DNA of 21,530 bases from Trichormus sp. M33_DOE_039 (GTDB taxonomy: Bacteria; Cyanobacteriota; Cyanobacteriia; Cyanobacteriales; Nostocaceae): positions 1 to 21,530 of the forward strand of contig DVDT01000030.1 of assembly GCA_015296085.1 (NCBI GenBank), in the 5' to 3' direction. Shown here piece by piece: positions 1 to 6,001 of this stretch; position 1 is the first letter of the stretch; every line of letters starts with the position of its first letter. A program made the position numbers and the translations under genes. Below the pieces are notes generated by a model. That model was not told the origin of the DNA. It worked only from the letters and a program-made list of their open reading frames with translations, and ran no database searches.

Positions 1-240
1 ATCCATATCAAAGACTCGTTCACGGAGCAAAAATACTCGTTCATCCATATCAAAGACTCGTTCACGGAGCAAAAATACTCGTTCATCTATATCAAAGACT
101 CATTCACGGAGCAAAAATACTCGTTCATCTATATCAAAGACTCATTCACGGAGCAAAAATACTCGTTCATCTATATTAAAGACTCGTTCACGGAGCAAAA
201 ATACTCGTTCATCTATATCAAAGACTCATTCACGGAGTTT
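1..240. repeat. 42-bp tandem repeat array (5 full copies plus a 30-bp partial copy)
   Basis: The unit ATCCATATCAAAGACTCGTTCACGGAGCAAAAATACTCGTTC repeats head to tail at 1-42, 43-84, 85-126, 127-168 and 169-210, with a partial copy at 211-240. Copies differ only at unit positions 4 (C/T), 9 (C/T) and 18 (G/A). The unit is itself a degenerate 21-bp doublet, since ACTCGTTC occurs twice per unit. Confidence 0.95.
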
Positions 241-243
241 TGA
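1..243 (+). CDS. Possible 3' end of a CDS entering from upstream, with a C-terminal 14-aa tandem repeat (I[HY]IKDSFTEQKYSF)n ending IYIKDSFTEF*
   Basis: Frame 1 is open from the window edge and stops at TGA 241-243, directly after the last repeat. Two of the three polymorphic sites are synonymous in this frame (TCG/TCA Ser, ATC/ATT Ile). Frame 3 gains TAA in copy 5 (177-179). Of the three reverse frames, one has TGA in every copy and the other two gain TGA or TAG in variant copies. Frame 2 also stays open, so coding status is not proven. Confidence 0.35.
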   Translation: MHIKDSFTEQKYSFIHIKDSFTEQKYSFIYIKDSFTEQKYSFIYIKDSFTEQKYSFIYIKDSFTEQKYSFIYIKDSFTEF

Positions 244-442
244 GGTTGATAGTTTAGTTGCGATCACCTGACATTTCTTAAATTTATATCAGGGATGGGG
301 CAATTATTGGTGCGATCGCTCCTAAACTTTCTTTATGGACTAAATATAGCCACCCAATAGTGTATTGCTTCTCTCTAAGCAATATACCTAGGATAGACTA
401 ACTATAATTTACTTATACTGACTCAATATTTTACTCAATTAC

Positions 443-865
443 ATGGATCTAATTACCCTGGGTGCGATCGCGCTTGGTTTTTTAGGAAGTAAATTCGCCG
501 ACTGGTCGATAAATAAAGCTTTTGATGTCGCCTATGACAAAGCCATGCAAACTCTAGCGGCTAAATCACCGGAAACAGCAGAGGCTTTCGCACTACCACC
601 CTCAGAACGAGAAGATATTGGTGTTGCTTTGTTGGTAGAACAAGTAGAACAAGCAGCACAGAAAGATCCAGAAATTAAACAAGCGGTGGAAGCATTAGGA
701 AGTCAAGTTACCACGGCTGCACAAGATCATCCTGAATTGGCAAAAGCGATTCAAGAGTTAACCGCAACTCTCAAAGCTCAAAAACCTACCACTGTTGAGA
801 ATTGGCGCGGTATCAATATTAAAGGTGGTGAGAATACCATTAATAACCCTACTCTGAATTTTTAA
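443..865 (+). CDS. Small (140 aa) predicted alpha-helical protein with an N-terminal hydrophobic glycine-zipper helix and a C-terminal N/G-rich motif shared with the downstream NLR; Bell-domain-like candidate membrane-targeting effector carrying a putative amyloid signalling motif
   Basis: ATG at 443 and TAA at 863-865. The N-terminus MDLITLGAIALGFLGSKF is hydrophobic with G-x4-G-x2-G spacing. The middle is rich in A/E/Q/K and looks helical. The C-terminal 22 aa (nt 797-862, ENWRGINIKGGENTINNPTLNF) match residues 4-25 of the next gene at 15 of 22 positions. Only 7 nt separate its stop from the next start, which implies an operon. Confidence 0.75.
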   Translation: MDLITLGAIALGFLGSKFADWSINKAFDVAYDKAMQTLAAKSPETAEAFALPPSEREDIGVALLVEQVEQAAQKDPEIKQAVEALGSQVTTAAQDHPELAKAIQELTATLKAQKPTTVENWRGINIKGGENTINNPTLNF

Positions 866-872
866 ATCAAAG

Positions 873-3236
873 ATGAACTCGGAGAATTGGCAAGGGATAA
901 ACAGCAAAGGTGGCGAAACCGTTATTAATAACCCCATCATTAATTATGGGAATTCCCCACAGGCTACTCCAGCAAATCCCCTGAAAAATATTCCCTACAC
1001 TGGTGTTGTCAACTTTATTGGTAGAGAAAATGAACTTGTTAACATCCACCACAAATTGCAACAGCCAGGGAAAGTTTCAATTTGTGCCGTTGTCGGGATG
1101 GGTGGTGTCGGCAAAACAGAGTTAGCCACTCAATACGCGCGCCAGTTTGAAGCTGATTACTCTGGTGGTGTTTGCTGGATAAATGCCAGGGAATCTGACT
1201 TAGCAGCAAGCATTATTCAGCTTTATCAGTTGTATATTAGTCCGAAAGTCCCAGACAAGATAGGTGAAAAACGGCTTAACCCCCAAGAACAAGTGCAGTG
1301 GTGTTGGCAGAATTGGCAACCATCTCAAGGTTTGGTGTTAGTAGTTTTCGATGATGTGACTAGTTTCGAGAAACTTCTAGAAGTACAGCCGACACTTAAC
1401 CGCTTCCGTGTACTCATCACCACTCGACTGCGAAACCTCAACCCCAAATTTGTGCAGGAAATCTCTCTAGATGAGTTGTCGCCAGCAAACGCCTTGGAAC
1501 TACTCAGGGTTTTTGTAGGAGAAAATCGATTACAACGAGAACGGAAAGCAGCTGAAGAATTGTGTCAATGGCTGGGATATTTACCTTTAGGTTTGGACTT
1601 GGTAGGACAGTATTTAGTTGAAGATCCAGATTTATCTTTAGAAAAGACGCTAATTAAATTAAAAACTCAACGATTAGAAGATCCAGCCCTCAACGCCAAA
1701 CAGCAAGGAGTTAAAGCCGCCTTTGAATTAAGCTGGCAAGAACTTGACCAAACAACACAGCGTATTGGAGCATTGTTAAGTCTATTTGCCCCTGATGTTA
1801 TTCCCTGGCAATTATTAGAGTCTACCTGTGAATTATTAAATTGGACACAGGTAAAGGTAGATGAGGCGAAAAAACAACTCTACAAACGTCATCTCATCCA
1901 ACCGTTAACAGAGAAAACTGGGTGTTACAAAATTCATCCTTTAATTCGGGAGTTCCTACGAGTAAAACTCACACAAATTGCCGACGCAGCAACCGAAAAA
2001 GAATTAGAGATGGAATTAAAAGTAGCTTTTGCAAAGATGATAGTAGCAAAGGCGAAAGAAATTCCTGAAACTCCCACACTTGATGTTATCGCCTCAGTCA
2101 AAGATATTATTACCCAACTCCAAGAAGTTGCTCAATATTTAATTGCTGCTGTGAGTGATCAAGATTTAATTCAGGTTTTTGTTGGGTTAGGCAGATTTTA
2201 TGAAGGACAGGGTTTATATAGGCTAGCAGAACCTTGGCGTGAGCAGTGTTTAACAATAGTTAAATCTCGTTTAGGAACAGAACATCCCCACACCGCCACC
2301 AGCCTTAACGACCTGGCTGGAATCTACTATGCACAAGGAAGATACACAAAAGCCGAACCCTTGTATGTTGAAGCTTTGGCACTGAGAAAACGCCTGCTGG
2401 GAACAGAGCATCCCCACACCGCAGAAAGCCTTAACAACCTGGCTTATCTCTACTATGCACAAGGAAGATACACAGAAGCCGAACCCTTGCTAAAGGAAGC
2501 TTTAGCATTGAGAAAACGCCTGCTGGGAACAGAACACCCCCACACAGCAGAAAGCCTTAACAACCTGGCTGGACTCTACTATGCACAAGGAAGATACACA
2601 GAAGCTGAACCCTTGTATCAACAAGCTTTAGCACTGATAAAACGCCTGCTGGGAACAGAACATCCCCACACCGCCACCAGCCTTAACAACCTGGCTCTAC
2701 TCTACAAAGCACAAAAAAGATACACAGAAGCCGAACCCTTGCTAAAGGAAGCTTTGGCACTAAGAAAACGCCTGCTGGGAACAGAACATCCCCACACCGC
2801 AGCCAGCCTTAACAACCTGGCTTTACTCTACTATGCACAAGGAAGATACACAGAAGCCGAACCCTTATATCAACAAGCTTTGGCACTGATACAACGCCTA
2901 CTAGGAACAGAACATCCCCACACCGCAGCCAGCCTTAACAACCTGACTCATCTCTACTATGCACAAGGAAGATACACAGAAGCCGAACCCTTGCTAAAGG
3001 AAGCTTTGGCACTAAGAAAACGCCTGCTGGGAACAGAACATCCCCATACAGCAGCCAGCCTTAACAACCTGGCTTATCTCTACCATGCACAAGGAAGATA
3101 CACAGAAGCCGAACCCTTGCTAAAGGAAGCTTTGGCAATTTCTGAGCGACAATTAGGTGTCAATCATCCTCATACTATTGCTTGCCGCAAAAATCTTGAT
3201 GACTGCCGTAAAATCGTTCTTGAACTAGGGCATTGA
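873..3236 (+). CDS. NB-ARC / TPR STAND NTPase (bacterial NLR-like protein) with a short N-terminal signalling motif in place of an effector domain
   Basis: 787-aa ORF carrying the canonical NB-ARC motifs: Walker A GMGGVGKT (aa 75-82, nt 1095-1118), Walker B LVLVVFDD (aa 154-161), sensor-1/RNBS-B LITTR (aa 181-185), the GxP motif YLPLGL (aa 236-241) and an MHD-like KIHPLIRE (aa 353-360). The C-terminal half holds 7 full and 1 partial 42-aa TPR units (LGTEHPHTAxSLNNLAxLYYAQGRYTEAEPL...). The N-terminal 26 aa carry the motif shared with ORF 443-865. Confidence 0.95.
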   Translation: MNSENWQGINSKGGETVINNPIINYGNSPQATPANPLKNIPYTGVVNFIGRENELVNIHHKLQQPGKVSICAVVGMGGVGKTELATQYARQFEADYSGGVCWINARESDLAASIIQLYQLYISPKVPDKIGEKRLNPQEQVQWCWQNWQPSQGLVLVVFDDVTSFEKLLEVQPTLNRFRVLITTRLRNLNPKFVQEISLDELSPANALELLRVFVGENRLQRERKAAEELCQWLGYLPLGLDLVGQYLVEDPDLSLEKTLIKLKTQRLEDPALNAKQQGVKAAFELSWQELDQTTQRIGALLSLFAPDVIPWQLLESTCELLNWTQVKVDEAKKQLYKRHLIQPLTEKTGCYKIHPLIREFLRVKLTQIADAATEKELEMELKVAFAKMIVAKAKEIPETPTLDVIASVKDIITQLQEVAQYLIAAVSDQDLIQVFVGLGRFYEGQGLYRLAEPWREQCLTIVKSRLGTEHPHTATSLNDLAGIYYAQGRYTKAEPLYVEALALRKRLLGTEHPHTAESLNNLAYLYYAQGRYTEAEPLLKEALALRKRLLGTEHPHTAESLNNLAGLYYAQGRYTEAEPLYQQALALIKRLLGTEHPHTATSLNNLALLYKAQKRYTEAEPLLKEALALRKRLLGTEHPHTAASLNNLALLYYAQGRYTEAEPLYQQALALIQRLLGTEHPHTAASLNNLTHLYYAQGRYTEAEPLLKEALALRKRLLGTEHPHTAASLNNLAYLYHAQGRYTEAEPLLKEALAISERQLGVNHPHTIACRKNLDDCRKIVLELGH
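2271..3233 (+). repeat. 126-bp (42-aa) tandem TPR-coding repeat array inside the NLR gene
   Basis: Units lie at 2271-2396, 2397-2522, 2523-2648, 2649-2774, 2775-2900, 2901-3026 and 3027-3152, with a degenerate terminal unit at 3153-3233. Long stretches are identical at nucleotide level, for example CTGCTGGGAACAGAACATCCCCACACCGC and GCACAAGGAAGATACACAGAAGCCGAACCCTTG. Confidence 0.93.
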
Positions 3237-3312
3237 TATCAAATTCTAATCACGAATATGACTTTTTTCCTATCGTAATGCGTCAGCATCCAAAATATTT
3301 TTTACTTTAACT

Positions 3313-4002
3313 CTAGGCAATACTAGCTACATAATGCTCTGTTACCATACCTAAATTTGCACGGATTTCACTCACTGGCACATCCCAGAATTGATCCCAT
3401 CTTTGTGCAATTAACTTGCCCGGAGTATGCGAACCTAATCTATAGCCACGTGCTATTTCAGTCATTAAATCTTTGAATTTTGTCGGTTGGTAAATGCTTA
3501 TCATCACCATGCCAAAACTCACCAACATTACACTGATAGGAATGGGAGTTTGAGCTAAAACAAAAGCTTGCAAGCCAATTTCACCAATACCATCAGTATC
3601 AAATCCGGTAACTACGTGATAAATATCATGGGTAGAACGCCACAACATTTTGAGATAGGAAATATCATCAACTACAGGCACTTTTTTGTAAAAGTAAGGG
3701 TCAAAACCTCTAGCTTTCATTTCTCTGGCGTAGACATTACCTAACGTTCCATCTGGCAATTTTGCTAAGTCATCTAAATTAAAAGGTGCAGGTAGCCAGC
3801 GTTCTGCAAATAAGGCGTTAACCTCTGGAATCTTTTTCAATTCGTTAACTGCTAACTGCGCCATTTCGATTTGGTCTAGTGCATCCTCAAAATCAAAAAT
3901 GGGGTCGGTATTGCCATTTCTAGATTTGAGACTACTAGCTGCTAAAAATTCTATGTAGGCAAGAAGTCCTTTATCATTGTTGTAATTAATTACATTAGTC
4001 AT
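3313..4002 (-). CDS. Coq4-family protein (ubiquinone biosynthesis protein COQ4 homologue)
   Basis: 229-aa ORF with an ATG start. It contains the Coq4 zinc-ligand signature HDxxH-x11-E exactly (H125-D-I-Y-H129, then 11 residues, then E141; nt 3580-3630). Length and the surrounding hydrophobic context fit bacterial Coq4 homologues. Confidence 0.8.
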   Translation of the reverse strand: MTNVINYNNDKGLLAYIEFLAASSLKSRNGNTDPIFDFEDALDQIEMAQLAVNELKKIPEVNALFAERWLPAPFNLDDLAKLPDGTLGNVYAREMKARGFDPYFYKKVPVVDDISYLKMLWRSTHDIYHVVTGFDTDGIGEIGLQAFVLAQTPIPISVMLVSFGMVMISIYQPTKFKDLMTEIARGYRLGSHTPGKLIAQRWDQFWDVPVSEIRANLGMVTEHYVASIA

Positions 4003-4182
4003 AGTTAATAATGATGAAAGTTGCAGAACTTTTCTTTGCTTAAAAGAGAAAATATTGGCCTTAATTCTTGTCCATAGTTACCCAATTTGCATGAATCCTC
4101 AGATAGATATAGGAAAATTTGGGAAAATACCGCACAATACCTAATGCTGATTTGACACCACCCCAAACATAGGGAAAAGCAC

Positions 4183-4237
4183 TGTAGAGACGTTGCATGC
4201 AACGTCTCTACATTATTTGGCCTGCAACGTCTCTACA
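4183..4237. repeat. Perfect 30-bp palindrome TGTAGAGACGTTGCA/TGCAACGTCTCTACA plus a third half-site 10 bp downstream (dispersed GTAGAGAC hairpin family)
   Basis: 4183-4212 is its own reverse complement. 4223-4237 repeats TGCAACGTCTCTACA. The same TGTAGAGAC...GTCTCTA arms recur at 5844-5873 and 5937-5966. Confidence 0.9.
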
Positions 4238-4340
4238 TGATGTCGTGCAAATTCATAAAGAATTGGTATAACATTTTCCTCAAACCCCTACACCCCCACA
4301 CCCCTAAACCCCTACCTTTTTAAACTAGGATCAAAAAGGA

Positions 4341-5825
4341 TTGTTAATTTTGAATTCGGAGCGCAGCGACGTGACATCCACATTGCCCGAACCGCATCAC
4401 AATGACTCACCCAACTGGGAGGAAGAATTAGATAGTGCCATTTTTAGCTTTGAAGACATTCAAGCGGAACTCAACTATAAACAAGCACAAACGGCACTAC
4501 GTAATTTAGTTGCAAGTCTTGACCTCAGTACCCAAGAAAAAGCGGGTTTAGAGTCGGAAATTGCTGATTTGGAAACTATGCTGGGAAAATTAGACAGTAT
4601 GGTAGTCCAGATTGCGGCTTTTGGCATGGTGGGACGGGGTAAGTCTTCCCTGTTAAATGCTTTGGTAGGACAATCGGTGTTTGAAACTGGCCCTTTGCAT
4701 GGTGTCACCCGTGCGGCTCAAAGCGTCAATTGGAGTATTAGCGAAGAAGTAATTGGCGAAACAGAACGGGCTTTGCGGGTGACTTTACCTGCTGTGGGTA
4801 AATCCCAAGTGGAATTAATTGATACCCCAGGCTTAGACGAAATCGATGGGGAAACGCGCACAGCTTTAGCAGAACAAATAGCAAAACAGGCGGATTTGAT
4901 TCTGTTTGTAATTGCGGGTGATATGACTAAGGTTGAGCAGGTGGCTTTATCGCAATTGCGGGAAGCAGGGAAACCCATCATTTTAGTATTTAACAAAGTA
5001 GACCAATATCCAGAAGCCGATCGCTTGGCAATTTACCAGAAAATCCGCGATGATCGAGTACGAGAATTACTCACACCGCTAGAAATTGTTATGGCGGCGG
5101 CATCTCCACTGGTGAAGACTGCTGTCCGCCGTGCAGATGGGACTAGGGGTGTACAGATGCGTCCGGGTGCGGCACAGGTGGAAGAGTTGAAGCTAAAAAT
5201 TTTAGAGATTTTACAACGCGAAGGGAAAGCTTTAGTCGCACTCAACACCATGCTGTATGCTGACACAGTGAATGAGCAGTTGGTGCAGCGTAAGTTGATG
5301 ATTCGGGAACAGAACGCCAATCAATTAATTTGGAAAGCTGTTATGACCAAAGCTGTGGCGATCGCTCTCAATCCTGTGACAGTAGTAGATATACTGAGTA
5401 GTATAGTTATTGATATAGCTTTAATTTTGGGTTTATCTAAACTCTACGGCATCCCCATGACTGAAGCTGGGGCTGTGCAATTACTGCAAAAAATCGCCAT
5501 CAGTATGGGTGGGATTGGTGTCAGTGAATTATTGGCAAACTTGGGTTTAAGTGGGTTGAAAACTTTACTGGGTATCTCTGCATCAGCCACAGCTGGTTTT
5601 GCCCTTGGCCCTTACATCTCCGTGGCCTTGACGCAAGCCGGGGTAGCTGGTGTTTCTTCCTATGGGATTGGGCAAGTTACCAAAGTGTATTTAGCGAATG
5701 GAGCGACTTGGGGGCCGGATGGGCCGAAAGCTGTGATTAATCGGATTTTGTCCACCCTGGATGAAGCATCAATTTTGAATCGCATCAAAGATGAATTGAT
5801 GCACAAGGTAAAATTCAAAAGGTAA
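4341..5825 (+). CDS. P-loop GTPase (Era/EngA-like G domain) with a C-terminal multi-pass membrane domain (DUF697-like)
   Basis: The G1 motif is GMVGRGKS (aa 95-102, nt 4623-4646), G3 is DTPGLDE and G4 is NKVD. The N-terminus looks coiled-coil. The C-terminal ~170 aa are hydrophobic and rich in G/A (for example AVAIALNPVTVVDILSSIVIDIALILGL). The track start at 4341 is TTG. An in-frame GTG at 4371 is an alternative, and there is no early in-frame ATG. Confidence 0.85.
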   Translation: MLILNSERSDVTSTLPEPHHNDSPNWEEELDSAIFSFEDIQAELNYKQAQTALRNLVASLDLSTQEKAGLESEIADLETMLGKLDSMVVQIAAFGMVGRGKSSLLNALVGQSVFETGPLHGVTRAAQSVNWSISEEVIGETERALRVTLPAVGKSQVELIDTPGLDEIDGETRTALAEQIAKQADLILFVIAGDMTKVEQVALSQLREAGKPIILVFNKVDQYPEADRLAIYQKIRDDRVRELLTPLEIVMAAASPLVKTAVRRADGTRGVQMRPGAAQVEELKLKILEILQREGKALVALNTMLYADTVNEQLVQRKLMIREQNANQLIWKAVMTKAVAIALNPVTVVDILSSIVIDIALILGLSKLYGIPMTEAGAVQLLQKIAISMGGIGVSELLANLGLSGLKTLLGISASATAGFALGPYISVALTQAGVAGVSSYGIGQVTKVYLANGATWGPDGPKAVINRILSTLDEASILNRIKDELMHKVKFKR

Positions 5826-5975
5826 TTGGGAAATCAATAATTTTGTAGAGACGCGATTAATCATGTCTCTATAAGATTCATTGATGAATTGATGCACAAG
5901 GTAAAATTCAAAAGGTAATTGGGAAATCAATAATTTTGTAGAGACGCGATTAATCATGTCTCTATAAGATTCATT
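5790..5975. repeat. 93-bp direct tandem duplication covering the last 12 codons and stop of the GTPase gene plus its downstream hairpin
   Basis: 5790-5882 and 5883-5975 are identical as far as I can read: GATGAATTGATGCACAAGGTAAAATTCAAAAGGTAATTGGGAAATCAATAATTTTGTAGAGACGCGATTAATCATGTCTCTATAAGATTCATT. Each copy contains the TAGAGAC-N12-GTCTCTA hairpin. Confidence 0.92.
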
Positions 5976-6001
5976 AGTCAAAAAATTACACATCTTAATT
6001 T

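Noticed and set aside
1-240. Could the regular 42-bp repeats be a CRISPR array?
   Set aside because: The units are directly adjacent with no unique spacers, the unit is not palindromic in the CRISPR manner, and no cas genes are nearby. This is a plain tandem repeat.
404-409. TATAAT hexamer as the promoter -10 of the NLR cassette
   Set aside because: There is no acceptable -35 or extended -10 at 16-18 bp spacing, and AT-rich intergenic DNA yields such hexamers by chance. I did not report it as a feature.
758-1061. Minus-strand track ORFs 758-940 and 867-1061
   Set aside because: They are antisense to the well-supported Bell-like and NLR coding regions. Their products are low-complexity and carry no recognisable motifs.
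2271-2462. Minus-strand ORF 2271-2462 (63 aa)
   Set aside because: It is antisense to the TPR repeat array and is open only because the repeat lacks stops in that frame. Its sequence is internally repetitive for the same reason.
443-3236. Could the small ORF and the NLR be one gene split by a frameshift or sequencing error?
   Set aside because: The NLR is in the +1 frame relative to ORF 443-865. However, the motif is present in full in both ORFs (duplicated, not split). Each ORF has its own ATG and the first has a clean TAA. A fusion would place two copies of the motif back to back, which matches no known architecture.
4005-4202. Minus-strand ORF 4005-4202 (65 aa, MHATSLQ...)
   Set aside because: Its start lies inside the 30-bp GTAGAGAC palindrome, and the remainder is AT-rich intergenic sequence upstream of the Coq4 gene. 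This is a typical repeat-derived artefact.
4301-4316. CCCTAAACCCC resembles a plant-type telomere repeat (the complement of TTTAGGG)
   Set aside because: It is a single occurrence embedded in a degenerate C-rich cyanobacterial repeat, and the replicon context is bacterial. The resemblance is coincidental.
4475-5320. Three minus-strand ORFs (4475-4708, 4718-4996, 5033-5320) inside the GTPase gene
   Set aside because: They are antisense to a CDS with clear G1/G3/G4 motifs. Their products are rich in Ser, Arg and Cys with no domain features.
5769-5993. Minus-strand ORF 5769-5993 (74 aa) with an internal duplication
   Set aside because: The internal duplication is simply the 93-bp tandem DNA repeat read on the opposite strand. 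The ORF overlaps the GTPase 3' end and the hairpins.
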